The translations under genes and the position numbers were made by a program. The notes under the pieces are model-generated. The model did not search any database, had not been told where the DNA came from, and saw nothing but the letters and a program-made list of their open reading frames with translations. Below, piece by piece: positions 27,417 through 37,796 of a stretch of 64,000 nucleotides of DNA. Every line of letters starts with the position of its first letter. Position 1 is the first letter of the stretch. This DNA comes from a virus (Duplodnaviria; Caudoviricetes), in the IMG/VR virus record IMGVR_UViG_3300047655_000013, positions 1,077-65,076 of that record. One strand, given 5' to 3'.

Positions 27417-28838
27417 TCACTGCACCACCGTCACGCCGGTATTGCTGCAAGAGAAATAGCTCTCAGGATCCGAAGGGATAATGCTGGTGCCGGCTGTTGG
27501 ACTCGCTGTTACGCCGTTAATCGTCACGACGTATGTGAGCGTGGTGATGTTAGGTGCTGAAATAACAGCAGAAACCGCCTGCTGAAAAACAGCGCTCATC
27601 TCGAGGATGTTGATCGGCTGCCCGACACAAATGGAATTTATGTATGACTGCAACGCAGGAGCGGCAAGCTGGTTGACGGAACTTCCTGCCGTGAAGTTCG
27701 GCAGTGTGGTGTTCCATGTCGCAGCGATCGTAACAATCTGCTGAGGCGGATTAACCGATAGAATGGTGTAGGTGTTCGGATTCTGGAACAACGATACCGA
27801 CACATTTCTCGGATTAGGCGTCAGTTGCGCGCCTGCGGAATAGGCTCCGAAACTACTGCCATTCGTCGTCGTCGTGATGGTCGTTGCAGTGACCGACGCT
27901 ATTGTGTATATCATGTTATAGGCGCTCGGCGTGGCCCCCGTCACTATCACCGTTTGTCCAGCGATATAGCCGTGAATCAGGTTCGTCGTGATAACAACCG
28001 GATTGGCATTGGACATGCCGACAATGGCGAGTTGAGAACCTTGCAAGGTCGCAATGTCGGGAACTCCCTGCAGAATGGCATTGGCGACAGCATAGGCATC
28101 CCCGCCGCCGCAGATTACTTGCCAACCGCCGGCAACGGCATTGATTGAGACCAGTCTCTGCTGCACTCCGCTTATTTTTTGCAGCAGGGTGCTCAGGTAT
28201 GCCGGCGTGCCAGTCGATGCAACTATGCCGGCCTGCAGCACTCTTCCGCGATAGCTTTGAACGCTTTCCGAGCCCGTTGCTGGAGTACCGGCTTGGGGAT
28301 TGTTGACCGTGACGGTGTAGGAACTCGGGATCGATGTCACGATCTGGGTGATCGTATTTGCCGGAATAGCAAAAGTGCCGCTATTGGTGGCGACGGCCGT
28401 TAGTTGTGGCGTCTGGCCGCCAGTCTGAATGACGCCACCGTCAAGAAGCGCATACTGGTTGGTGCCATCTCCCACCGTAAAGCCAGGTTGAAAGACATAG
28501 CCCGTCGGCCCGCTGAAGACGACGTTGACGCTTCCATTGGCCGGCGTACCCTGCGGAATCCCAAATTGCTGACCGAGTTGGGCAAGGATGTATGCATTGG
28601 CCCCATAGGGCGTCACCGATGCGACCGCATCAACACGCGCCTGGTCAATCGCAATCAGAGCCCCCGTTGCGGTCGACGAAACGTCCTCAATCAAGAGGCC
28701 AGGAAGGTTCGCCGTATAATCGGGAACTTCGGCCGCGACTCCGTTGATCAGGGCTGTATTGAGCGTTGCGGGCGGTGTCGTTTGAGGACCAGCCGCCGTC
28801 ATCACCAGAGGAACGTTCGTAGGCGTAATCGTGGTCAT
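27417..28838 (-). CDS. baseplate J-like protein
   Basis: LGQQFGI, ES..SYR.RV motifs; synteny. Confidence 0.85.
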   Translation of the reverse strand: MTTITPTNVPLVMTAAGPQTTPPATLNTALINGVAAEVPDYTANLPGLLIEDVSSTATGALIAIDQARVDAVASVTPYGANAYILAQLGQQFGIPQGTPANGSVNVVFSGPTGYVFQPGFTVGDGTNQYALLDGGVIQTGGQTPQLTAVATNSGTFAIPANTITQIVTSIPSSYTVTVNNPQAGTPATGSESVQSYRGRVLQAGIVASTGTPAYLSTLLQKISGVQQRLVSINAVAGGWQVICGGGDAYAVANAILQGVPDIATLQGSQLAIVGMSNANPVVITTNLIHGYIAGQTVIVTGATPSAYNMIYTIASVTATTITTTTNGSSFGAYSAGAQLTPNPRNVSVSLFQNPNTYTILSVNPPQQIVTIAATWNTTLPNFTAGSSVNQLAAPALQSYINSICVGQPINILEMSAVFQQAVSAVISAPNITTLTYVVTINGVTASPTAGTSIIPSDPESYFSCSNTGVTVVQ

Positions 28839-29182
28839 GTGGCGACAATTTTATTGAGCAGGGCACCGCTGTGACATACCGCGGCGATGTTGTATTGCGG
28901 GGGAAAGGAGCCCGGAGCCCGAACGATGGCGAGAGATGCGAAATACTGTGCGTATTGCTGCTGGATCTGACTGACATACCAGTCAGGAAAAACCTGCGTC
29001 AGGATCGTTTGCTGTTGCGGTATCCCGCTGTTTGCATAGAAAGGCGATTCGCCAAGATTTAACTTGATGACCTGAGAGATGGCGGTTAGATAGCAGTTGT
29101 CGGAGAACCCATTTGCATCGGTCGTAATGGCAACCCATTGATAGGTGCCATCTTCGTTGTATGTTCTGCCCCATACGCGCAT
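28835..29182 (-). CDS. baseplate wedge subunit
   Basis: LGESPFYANSGIP motif; synteny. Confidence 0.7.
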   Translation of the reverse strand: MRVWGRTYNEDGTYQWVAITTDANGFSDNCYLTAISQVIKLNLGESPFYANSGIPQQQTILTQVFPDWYVSQIQQQYAQYFASLAIVRAPGSFPPQYNIAAVCHSGALLNKIVAT

Positions 29183-29202
29183 TTCATAACCCTTGACTAA
29201 CG

Positions 29203-29850
29203 ATGCCCAAGACCGAAGCGCCCAGTTTTTTTACGCATGAAAACCTTTCGGCTCTGTCGCGCGATTACCTCGTGCTCGCGCTATTCATGAACAGCCGATC
29301 GGGAGCATTTGATCTGGCGATGGACGTGGCAAAGCTCGCTCCGCTGTTCGTGGAACGGGATCTCGGGCAAATGAAAATTTATGTGGCTGGATTCGCGCTG
29401 TCATATGAAGGCGCGGTACAGGCCGTCGATCTGATTCACTACATCCGCGGGTGGAAGGGCACACACCTTTACGCGCGCGGACGCATGATCATCGGAGAGA
29501 TGAAACAAGCCTATGATCTTGAATCTGTACTGCATTGCTTCACCGACTCATGCCGCGCCGACGATTGGCATGCTCATTGCCAGCGAACTATCGACACACC
29601 ATATTTTCCGGTACATGCAAGGCTCAAGCTCGAGTACATTCACCCAATGTTTCGCCACATCACAGCCGCCTCGAACGAGGGGAACTTCCTGTTTCCATGC
29701 TCGCATATGCTGCAATGGTTCGAGGCTCAGCCCGATCATCCATCGTCGGTGCGTGATCAGATTCAGGCTGAAGGCGTTGCAAAGATGTGTGACGTATGCC
29801 CCAGATTCGCACCCGACGATTTTGGGTTTAATCCGATGAAGAAGAGGTAG
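29203..29850 (+). CDS. moron-like hypothetical protein, Cys/His-rich C-terminus
   Basis: 215-aa ORF antisense inside the baseplate operon. Confidence 0.7.
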   Translation: MPKTEAPSFFTHENLSALSRDYLVLALFMNSRSGAFDLAMDVAKLAPLFVERDLGQMKIYVAGFALSYEGAVQAVDLIHYIRGWKGTHLYARGRMIIGEMKQAYDLESVLHCFTDSCRADDWHAHCQRTIDTPYFPVHARLKLEYIHPMFRHITAASNEGNFLFPCSHMLQWFEAQPDHPSSVRDQIQAEGVAKMCDVCPRFAPDDFGFNPMKKR

Positions 29851-29852
29851 CT

Positions 29853-30038
29853 ATGACGCAAACGATTCAGAAAACCGGAAAGACCTATAAGGCGATGATT
29901 CTCATCGGGCAACTTTCAATACTTGCCTCGCCATTCCTATTTTTTAATCACCACGGCGCTGCTTCGGCTGTCGCCCTCATGGTCGGCGTGGCGATTTATC
30001 TCGCGGGCAAAGCTGGTGCGTGGTGGAATCACGGCTAG
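29853..30038 (+). CDS. small two-TM membrane protein
   Basis: GAGG RBS; TIQKTGK.YK...WWNHG. Confidence 0.65.
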   Translation: MTQTIQKTGKTYKAMILIGQLSILASPFLFFNHHGAASAVALMVGVAIYLAGKAGAWWNHG

Positions 30039-30718
30039 CCGGTCATCGTGCCGGTGTTTCCTGTGCCAGTCTGCACGCCAGGATGATAGTGCCCATTGAC
30101 CGCACCATTCGGCAGGATGACGTCGGGAGCTTGGATCGGCAGTGTAGAGACCGCCTGAGTTCCGCCCCATGTGAAGGTTTGGCCGTCGACCGTCAGCGCA
30201 ATGCCTGCAGCATTGATGACAAGAGTCGTCGTCCCGAATGTAATCGTCGTGCCATTTGCGTTGGTCACGATTGAAGACGTTGGGCCCACGGTGGTTTGCA
30301 AAATCACACCGTTTGGCCCTTGGATCTGGGCGGCGTTCGGATCGATCGGCGAGAACGACTTCTGGCCCACCGGAACAAACACCAGCGCAGTCAGATTGCC
30401 TCGCTGCCGGAAGTCGGATGTTCCACTTCCCAAGCCAGAGATCCCGCCGAGGTAAGCGTCGGCCGGCATCGTCAGGCCAACATCCCCTTCCTGCGTTGGC
30501 TCGGTCAGCCATGAGCTTTCCGCTTTGGGGATAGTCACCGGTGGCAGCGTCCATGGCGCCGTATCCATCTCAAACTCAACCGTCACGATCTTGCCGATGA
30601 CGTTTGTCACGCGGCATGGAAGTGCCTTGCCAAGTCTTTTGATCGCCTGCTGAGCCCGCGTAATCGCAGTTTGGTTCAGATTGCCCTGAAACCACAATTT
30701 GGCAAAATCATCGCTCAT
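30035..30718 (-). CDS. baseplate central spike
   Basis: OB-fold-like N-terminus; C-terminal HxH (GHYHPGVQTG). Confidence 0.85.
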   Translation of the reverse strand: MSDDFAKLWFQGNLNQTAITRAQQAIKRLGKALPCRVTNVIGKIVTVEFEMDTAPWTLPPVTIPKAESSWLTEPTQEGDVGLTMPADAYLGGISGLGSGTSDFRQRGNLTALVFVPVGQKSFSPIDPNAAQIQGPNGVILQTTVGPTSSIVTNANGTTITFGTTTLVINAAGIALTVDGQTFTWGGTQAVSTLPIQAPDVILPNGAVNGHYHPGVQTGTGNTGTMTG

Positions 30719-31683
30719 ACGCTACCTGCAAGGCACTTCACAATAGTCGACCAAGACGCTCCGTCGGTCGATCGGTATGAGCCTATATGCCGCAACTCCG
30801 ATGCCGTGAATACTCCCTGAAACGCTGTCTGATAGTTGTTGCTTGACGGAAATGATTGCGCGGTTGTATTTACGAATCCGGGCCTGTTCTGCAATCCCTG
30901 CGGCATCTGGATCACCGACCCTAACTGGATATCATGTCGCAACACCAGTTTGCAAATCATGGTGTTGACATCGATCCAGGTCGGCTGCCCCACAAAATCA
31001 GTGAAATTGATCTGTATAGGTGTTGGGTTGTAGGTGCTGTCCCAGACGAAGAACTGCCCATTCTGGCAAGTCAGATTGACGCCGCTATAGTTCGGCCCGA
31101 CGAAATATCCTTGCGTTATGCCTTGAATGCACTGGCACAGCTCCTGCAAGGTTGAGCAGAAGTGGAGTTCGTCAAAATCCTGAACCAGTTGAGGTGCTAC
31201 ATTCGCCGTGAATGGCACGCCCGGATAGGCGACAGACAAGGTTTGCTGGAGAGCCTGCGGAAGCGACTGGCCAGCCTGCCAGTTGAGAACGATGTTGCCT
31301 GGATTGTCCAATGTGTACGTCGACGGTGCGATGACGAGATCAAGTCTCATATCGACGCCTTCCCAGTTTCCGTATGACTGGAATACCGTACCGGCCACAA
31401 GCAGACCGGCTTGCCGCGGATTTGCCAACGGTAGCCCTGCCTGCATGCCGCCTTTCATGCTGAACTGCATGCCCGTGAACTGCTGGGCTTGAGACAAGTC
31501 GGCAAGAGACACGCCGTGGATTGTCACGGTGAATACCTGTGCCGATGTCGCGACATCAGCCACTTGGCAATCAAATTCAATATCGAGTGCGTTGGGGTCA
31601 AAAACTCCGCCAGGATGAGACTGCCATTGACGGACTGGCTTTGCCTGACCATTTTGCGTCAGCGAAATATCGTAGTAACGCAT
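30715..31683 (-). CDS. baseplate hub protein
   Basis: Size and synteny before spike. Confidence 0.7.
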   Translation of the reverse strand: MRYYDISLTQNGQAKPVRQWQSHPGGVFDPNALDIEFDCQVADVATSAQVFTVTIHGVSLADLSQAQQFTGMQFSMKGGMQAGLPLANPRQAGLLVAGTVFQSYGNWEGVDMRLDLVIAPSTYTLDNPGNIVLNWQAGQSLPQALQQTLSVAYPGVPFTANVAPQLVQDFDELHFCSTLQELCQCIQGITQGYFVGPNYSGVNLTCQNGQFFVWDSTYNPTPIQINFTDFVGQPTWIDVNTMICKLVLRHDIQLGSVIQMPQGLQNRPGFVNTTAQSFPSSNNYQTAFQGVFTASELRHIGSYRSTDGASWSTIVKCLAGSV

Positions 31684-31961
31684 CAGGGATTGACTTCGAA
31701 GTTGCCCGTATCTTCACGCCAGAGAATCGTTGAGGTGCCGAAGATTCCGGGCGCGAGCGGAATATCAAAACCAGGCGGCGACCCGACCAAAGGCCCGTTC
31801 CAGACCACGTTCGCAAACTGATCGCTAAGCGTGAAATACCACCGTTGCGCCGTAATATTCCACGTCACCGATCCCGGGTATGACGCACTGTCCAGCGTGA
31901 AAACGTAGGAGAAGGGCGGCGACGTGGAGTTATTCAGCGATAGGGCAATGAGCGTCGTCAT
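31683..31961 (-). CDS. baseplate-associated small protein
   Basis: WN..AQRWY..L.D motif; synteny. Confidence 0.65.
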   Translation of the reverse strand: MTTLIALSLNNSTSPPFSYVFTLDSASYPGSVTWNITAQRWYFTLSDQFANVVWNGPLVGSPPGFDIPLAPGIFGTSTILWREDTGNFEVNP

Positions 31962-31962
31962 T

Positions 31963-32700
31963 CTATTGAGTCAGGAAACTGTTGACGGCGCCTGTGATGC
32001 CATTGATGCCCTGCGTTGCACCTTGCGCCGCGGAACCAACCGCCGATGCTGCGCTTGACCAGATCGATGTACCCGCCAACCCAGTGGGAGTGATTTGCTG
32101 CCCACCGGTTAGTATCGACATCAACGAACTCTGAGCATTCTGCGCGTCCGAGAGCGAAACCAGCGGCTGAAAGAAGTCCCATTGGAATTGCACCATCTGC
32201 TGTTTGCCCAATTCCCCGCTCGTCACATCCGTGATGTTATTAAGGAGACAGTTGGGGTAAATATGCGCCGGCGTCGCGATATGGAACGTTCCGCCCGCAG
32301 CAACATGCGCCTCGATAGAACTGCGCAGCGCCTCGAAGATCGCCAACTTCGTCAGATAACCGCCCGTATCCTGCACGGGCGCATACATGATCAGGGAAAC
32401 GTTCTTCGGTTGCTTGATGACCGCATTAGCTGCCACGAACTGATTGGCAAAGGGATATGTCGCCGTAGCATTGGCAACGAGCGTACTCCCGGGCGCGGGC
32501 ACGAACCTGGCGAACGGCTCGACGTTACCCGACAGCAGTCCTTGGGCGAGCGCAGCCAATTGGCCAGTCAACCCAATGATCGGCATCATGCCGCCCAGCG
32601 TATTCGCTACGATTCCGCCGTTCAGAATGATGGGAGATATCTGAAATGCGAGGTCGTACGCTGAACTGAACGCCGATTGCGTGATGGTCGAAAGGCTCAT
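31963..32700 (-). CDS. tail/baseplate protein
   Basis: Directly after tape measure. Confidence 0.65.
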   Translation of the reverse strand: MSLSTITQSAFSSAYDLAFQISPIILNGGIVANTLGGMMPIIGLTGQLAALAQGLLSGNVEPFARFVPAPGSTLVANATATYPFANQFVAANAVIKQPKNVSLIMYAPVQDTGGYLTKLAIFEALRSSIEAHVAAGGTFHIATPAHIYPNCLLNNITDVTSGELGKQQMVQFQWDFFQPLVSLSDAQNAQSSLMSILTGGQQITPTGLAGTSIWSSAASAVGSAAQGATQGINGITGAVNSFLTQ

Positions 32701-34571
32701 TGGGCTGCGGCTGCGTTGGCTTGTACTGCGACTCGTGCGGAAGTGTTGTTCTGGATCGTGACCTTGGCGCCCTGCGTTTGGCCCTTGAGTAGCCTGGCGA
32801 TCTTGATGTAGTCAAGAGTTTCGGACGGAAGTCCTTTCTGCCAGTTCTGACCATTTGCATTGATGGACTTGTCGACTCTTCCTATCCCATAGTCATATGC
32901 GGCCAGGGCCTGCGCGATGTCGCCTTTGTAATGCTTCGACAGAAAGCCCATATAGGCGCCGCCGGCGTTGGCCTGATCACGAAAATTCCATCGATCACCG
33001 CCTTTCCCCCACTCCTTCCACGTCGCTCCGGTAAATTGCAAGTCGCCAATTGCCTGATCGCCGTTGCGCAGCACTGGCCCAACCAGATTCCTTCCTTCCG
33101 TAGATTCCTTTGCCCACATAGCCTCCAGCGTTCCAGCAGGAAGGCCGTTTTTTGCATCCATATCGCCAAGTATGGCGCGTGGATCGGAGGGCATATTCAG
33201 GAAGTGGCGTGTATAGCCAAGCGCCTTGTCTGCAGATGAGATGCCGCCGAAACCTCGCACTCTGCCGCGCGTTTCGCGCTGCACTTCGTCAGGATCAAGC
33301 CCCGGATTGACGTCGATGGCGTGCGGGCTAGAAGTCGACGGCCCAACATCAATACCAAGGAATTTCGCCGCCTTTCGCAAGGCCCCCGCTACGGCAGTTA
33401 CCAATCCGGCGAAGTCCTTCATGTCCTGCTGAAACTGACTCGAGCCAAGATACTTCGTAAAACCGTTGATGCCATCTTCCAGCGAGCTCAGATTAGCCGG
33501 CGTGAAAATCTCATCAATCAGCTTCATCGCGTCCTTGCCGATGACCTCCACGAAATGCTGGAGTGGCCCGGAAAGCGAAACCAGCTTGTTTTTCAGATCC
33601 GTCTCGATGGTGTTGCCTGCATCCTTGATCTGGCGCAGAAACCCATACCAGGCATCCGTGTTCTTGTCGCTGACGTTGAATCGTCCTTGGTCTGAGCCGT
33701 ATTGCGACGCCGCTCGCTGGAGTTCGGACAGAGGTGTATTCCCCAATTGCCGCATCATTGATAGCGAGAACCCAGCTTGAGAAAAACCGGTCGACTGCAG
33801 CATCTCCGCCGTGCGCATGTTTTCTGGTGTGTTGGACCACCAGTTATGCGCGCGGATAGCAAGTTGACCCGCAAGCTGACCCGGGTCTTCACTGGACACC
33901 TGGTTGATGCCCTGACCGGCCGCTCGAGCGAGCCATACGCGCCCTGCAAAGCTGTTCTGCGCGCCGGCGATCGAACCTAGAACACTGGGATCAATGTAGC
34001 GTTGACCAAAGTCCTGATTGAACGCTGTCAATTGCCCCGGCGACATACCCAATCCACGGGCGCTGCGCTGGGTATCCACCGCGGATGACGCGAGATCCTT
34101 CAGGCCAATGCCACCGAGCAATCCGCCGAGGCCGGCGAGTCCACCACCGAGAGCCCCCAGTTTTAGCAGCCACTTTCCCATGCCGAAGATCGAGGAAGCC
34201 AGTCCCTCGGCATTCTTCTTCATTGAAGAGAGGGCCAACGAGCCACGCTCAGATTCATCCGCAAAGCTTTTCTGTGCCTTGAGATTTTTCGACAGACTTT
34301 CAAATAGGGCGTTGTTGGCTGCCCCGGCTTTTCTGATTTCGCGCGCGATGATCTCGGACTGGGTTGCTGCGATAACAAGAAAATCTTTCGACGCCTTGGA
34401 TGCTTCGGCGAAATCGCCCATTTCGCTACCAGCGTCGCCGATCGTCTCTTCGACTTTCTTCCATTCAGCCGGCGCACTCTTCAGATGCTCGTGGTATTCC
34501 TGATAAAGATCAAGGAAGGCTTTGAACTGGGTATCATCGACTTGGACTTTGACGATCGACGTTGCTGCCAT
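32697..34571 (-). CDS. tape measure protein with C-terminal lytic transglycosylase domain
   Basis: Helical 624 aa; KES...AIGDLQF...ALAAY.YG SLT motifs. Confidence 0.85.
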   Translation of the reverse strand: MAATSIVKVQVDDTQFKAFLDLYQEYHEHLKSAPAEWKKVEETIGDAGSEMGDFAEASKASKDFLVIAATQSEIIAREIRKAGAANNALFESLSKNLKAQKSFADESERGSLALSSMKKNAEGLASSIFGMGKWLLKLGALGGGLAGLGGLLGGIGLKDLASSAVDTQRSARGLGMSPGQLTAFNQDFGQRYIDPSVLGSIAGAQNSFAGRVWLARAAGQGINQVSSEDPGQLAGQLAIRAHNWWSNTPENMRTAEMLQSTGFSQAGFSLSMMRQLGNTPLSELQRAASQYGSDQGRFNVSDKNTDAWYGFLRQIKDAGNTIETDLKNKLVSLSGPLQHFVEVIGKDAMKLIDEIFTPANLSSLEDGINGFTKYLGSSQFQQDMKDFAGLVTAVAGALRKAAKFLGIDVGPSTSSPHAIDVNPGLDPDEVQRETRGRVRGFGGISSADKALGYTRHFLNMPSDPRAILGDMDAKNGLPAGTLEAMWAKESTEGRNLVGPVLRNGDQAIGDLQFTGATWKEWGKGGDRWNFRDQANAGGAYMGFLSKHYKGDIAQALAAYDYGIGRVDKSINANGQNWQKGLPSETLDYIKIARLLKGQTQGAKVTIQNNTSARVAVQANAAAAQ

Positions 34572-34683
34572 TATTAGCCCCTCAAAGCTTCGATGATGTA
34601 TCTTTCGCGGTGTTCGAGCGCACTGCGAAACGGGAATTCATGCCGCTCCGCGAACTCGCGAAATCCGGCTGTCGCCACGTAAT

Positions 34684-35343
34684 TCAGGATGGAACCGATG
34701 ATGCCGCCTTGACCGCGGAAGTCGCGGCCACTGTCGAGCTCGGCAAGGAAGCGACCCACACCGACAAGGGAGAGGGCGTAGTCGACGCTTTCAGGAACGA
34801 AGCCGTGCTCTGTCCGATTCGTTGCCGATCCACCTTTTTCGCCATGGACCAATGGCAGCAGAAAAAAACAATAGCAGCCTCCACTTCTTCCCATTCTTCC
34901 GCGTCAATCTTGCCGCCTGAGATTGCGAGGTCCACGGGAAGCATTTCCCATCCAGCCGCACCCGGGCAAAGAATTGTCGTGAGTCGGCGCAACTCGGCAA
35001 AGAATGCTTTGACTTCATCATCCTTTGGATTGCCGCGATCATCCACGTTGCCACGGCTCTCGGCATCTCGCAGCCCTTCGTCACGAAGGGTCAATGCTGC
35101 GACGCGTGGACCTGCGGACATAAGATACTGGCGCCCCTTATTTTCGAGGGTGGCTTTCGTAGAAGCGAGCAGAGCGAAGTTCTGGTCGAACACCGCTTTG
35201 CTGATGGGCGTATGAAATGCGTGGATGCGCACGATGTTTTCGGCCACATCCTTTTCTTCGCCCGTCACTTTGTCTTTTTCCTTCCTGACCACGCGCTCCG
35301 TGACAACCGGAAAGATGACGTTAAAGCTTTCATCGACTTGCAT
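34684..35343 (-). CDS. tail assembly chaperone
   Basis: Between tube and tape measure; AGGGA RBS before ATG 35343. Confidence 0.7.
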   Translation of the reverse strand: MQVDESFNVIFPVVTERVVRKEKDKVTGEEKDVAENIVRIHAFHTPISKAVFDQNFALLASTKATLENKGRQYLMSAGPRVAALTLRDEGLRDAESRGNVDDRGNPKDDEVKAFFAELRRLTTILCPGAAGWEMLPVDLAISGGKIDAEEWEEVEAAIVFFCCHWSMAKKVDRQRIGQSTASFLKASTTPSPLSVWVASLPSSTVAATSAVKAASSVPS

Positions 35344-35373
35344 TCTCAATCCCTTTGAGATCCCTATGGAGGA

Positions 35374-35425
35374 GCTGCGGAGGCCGGTAGGGAGGCCGGT
35401 TTTCGAGAGCGACTCTATCCGCAGC
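35374..35425 (-). ncRNA. three-way-junction RNA motif, copy A
   Basis: P1 GCTGCGGA/TCCGCAGC, TA, P2, GAAAA, P3 with TCCCTA in loop. Confidence 0.6.
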
Positions 35426-35431
35426 AAATCA

Positions 35432-35878
35432 TCAGAACGACCAGAGTGCAGCGTTGATCGGATACGAGCCACGGAGGATCAATCGAACCACTGGATCGGT
35501 ACCGTCGAATGCGCCCGGGTCGATGCGGATAATCGACGCGTTCACCATGCTGGTGACCGGGAAAGTCGACGTATCGCTATGGACGTTCACCTGGCCGATG
35601 TAGGTTGCCTGCTGGCCCTGTGCGACCCAGTTTGCTGCAAGGGCCTGGGTGCGCAACAGATTCACCGTCACCTGCGCCATGATGTACGGCTCGGGCGAGT
35701 TGACGACGCCCGTACCGGTACCAATCTGACCGGTCCAGTCGCCTTCAAACTCGAGTCGGGCGAATCCTTTCGACATGTACGGAGCGGTGATATTGAGCGC
35801 CGTATTGCTCGGGATAACGATCGCAGTGAGGACGCGATTAAGGACGCCCTGCGCGATCTGAGGGTTTTGGATTGCCAT
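35432..35878 (-). CDS. tail tube protein
   Basis: 148 aa directly after sheath. Confidence 0.75.
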   Translation of the reverse strand: MAIQNPQIAQGVLNRVLTAIVIPSNTALNITAPYMSKGFARLEFEGDWTGQIGTGTGVVNSPEPYIMAQVTVNLLRTQALAANWVAQGQQATYIGQVNVHSDTSTFPVTSMVNASIIRIDPGAFDGTDPVVRLILRGSYPINAALWSF

Positions 35879-35887
35879 TTGTCGTCC

Positions 35888-37435
35888 TTATGCGAACTGC
35901 ACGGCGGCCAGCGCGAAGCCGATTACGAGAAAACCGTTCTGACCCACGACAGTGGCCGAAAAGCCCCTGTAAAGGCCGGCCTGATAGTCGTTGGGATTCG
36001 CCGTGGTATAGGCCGCGAACGGCGTTGCGTTAATCGTGATGCTTAGCGCACACTGGAACTGGACTGCACTGTTCGCGACGCCCTGCGCCACGGCCAGCAG
36101 GGAATTAATCCCATTCTGGTCATAGATCAACGGCGGGTTCTGGTTCGAACCATTGATGACGGCAGCGGCGAGAGCCTGCTGCGCCTGAATCTGGAACCAG
36201 TCGAGCCCATACCACCAGGCGGCCTGGGTGCCGTCCATGGTGGTGCCTTTCCAGATGCCGGCCTTGGAAATACCACCTTCCGACGTCGGATAGATGATGT
36301 TGCCATAACCCGTCAGGACGTTGTTGATGTTGGTCTGATTGCCTGAGATAGCCCACGGCGTGACGCCCGTCAGGTACCGATAAGACATCGGTCCAAGAGG
36401 GTTTGATGCCGAAGGATTGTTCACCAGCCATTGGTAGAACATCGCGCCTGCGTCGAATTCTTGAGACGTAGCCGTCGGCGCCGGCACGGTTGCATAAACC
36501 GATTTCAACGTCGCGTAGTTCGACAGATTCGCGACTGAGGTCGTCGCAAAGAAATATGTTTTGCTGGTCGGATTGGCGTACTGGCCCGCGAGGATATTCA
36601 TCGCAGAAGCAAGATTTGCAGTTGCTGCGGCCCCAACGCCACCACCACCGCTAAAGGTGACCGTCGGCGCCGCAGTATAGCCGGAGCCCGGATTGGTGAT
36701 CGTCACGGCAACGACAGCACCATTCTGGATAATGGCCGTGCCTGCGGCGCCCGTTCCGCCACCACCACCACTAAACGCAACCGTCGGCGCCACCGTAAAA
36801 CCATTGCCACCGTTGTTGATGACAACCGACCCGACCTCATCCTTCGAGTAATCCCAGGCAGCCGGGGTGAGATACCCGTAGAAAACTCCCGGGTTATTCG
36901 TGATCCACGTGTTCAGCGCGGCAATCTGCGCGTCCACGCCGACAATATCGCCCAGTTCAAGAACGTAGACGCCGACGGCCGTTCCTTGCGCGAAAAACGA
37001 TGACGCCGGGTAGGTGATCGACGATGCGCCCGAGATCGTGAAGTAACCGGGCGTCGTTTCGGTGCCCGGGCTCGACGCGAGCGCATACGTGAACGTGGTC
37101 GAGGTCGCAACGGTCGCGATGTACGTGCCGTTATATGCACTCGGCACGGCACCAGAAATGGTCGTCGTGAACTGCGTGCCGATCGTCGGCAGAATACCGC
37201 TTGAGACCGTCGCCGTGACGGTGCTTGACGTCCACGCTAGCGAAGTAATCGCATACGAGGTTGCCGAGATAGAATTAATTGCGGACAGGTTGCCGCAAAA
37301 CTGATAAGCGCCGGGCGCAAGAGTCGTGCCACCCACCGAGACGATCGCGCCGCTTTGCTGAAGCTGGGACGGTACCGGCGCCGTGGTGACGACCGCGGTG
37401 AGATTGACGATCTGAGGGGTGATCGTTTGTGCCAT
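35888..37435 (-). CDS. tail sheath protein
   Basis: 515 aa; WWYGLDWFQI, L.YDQ.GI motifs; synteny. Confidence 0.8.
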   Translation of the reverse strand: MAQTITPQIVNLTAVVTTAPVPSQLQQSGAIVSVGGTTLAPGAYQFCGNLSAINSISATSYAITSLAWTSSTVTATVSSGILPTIGTQFTTTISGAVPSAYNGTYIATVATSTTFTYALASSPGTETTPGYFTISGASSITYPASSFFAQGTAVGVYVLELGDIVGVDAQIAALNTWITNNPGVFYGYLTPAAWDYSKDEVGSVVINNGGNGFTVAPTVAFSGGGGGTGAAGTAIIQNGAVVAVTITNPGSGYTAAPTVTFSGGGGVGAAATANLASAMNILAGQYANPTSKTYFFATTSVANLSNYATLKSVYATVPAPTATSQEFDAGAMFYQWLVNNPSASNPLGPMSYRYLTGVTPWAISGNQTNINNVLTGYGNIIYPTSEGGISKAGIWKGTTMDGTQAAWWYGLDWFQIQAQQALAAAVINGSNQNPPLIYDQNGINSLLAVAQGVANSAVQFQCALSITINATPFAAYTTANPNDYQAGLYRGFSATVVGQNGFLVIGFALAAVQFA

Positions 37436-37499
37436 ACAGGCTCCAGAAAAGCGAAACCCCGCTCAATGGCGGGGCTAGGAAGAAGGGCGGCGAGACGCG

Positions 37500-37784
37500 T
37501 TACGGATTGAAAGTCAGTGCTACGCCAAGATTTACGAGAGCGTTCGATGAGGGGGCGGTGCTCCACGTAAATGTCACGGACGTGCCACTGAGAACGGCAG
37601 TCGGAGTAACTCCCTGATCAACCGATACTTGGTAAATGCCGTTCGGAATCTTGTTGCGGATTTTGTTATCTGCAGCGATTTGGCTGTAGTAATCGACAGT
37701 CGTAGTCGTGGAAGTGCCATCGCCAACCAAACCGACGTTATAGCCATACTGGCTACCGCTGCCATTGGTAAGTTGAATTGCCAC
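37500..37784 (-). CDS. hypothetical, possibly virion protein
   Basis: Beta-rich 94 aa; GGAGGA RBS. Confidence 0.6.
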   Translation of the reverse strand: MAIQLTNGSGSQYGYNVGLVGDGTSTTTTVDYYSQIAADNKIRNKIPNGIYQVSVDQGVTPTAVLSGTSVTFTWSTAPSSNALVNLGVALTFNP

Positions 37785-37796
37785 AAATCCTCCCGA

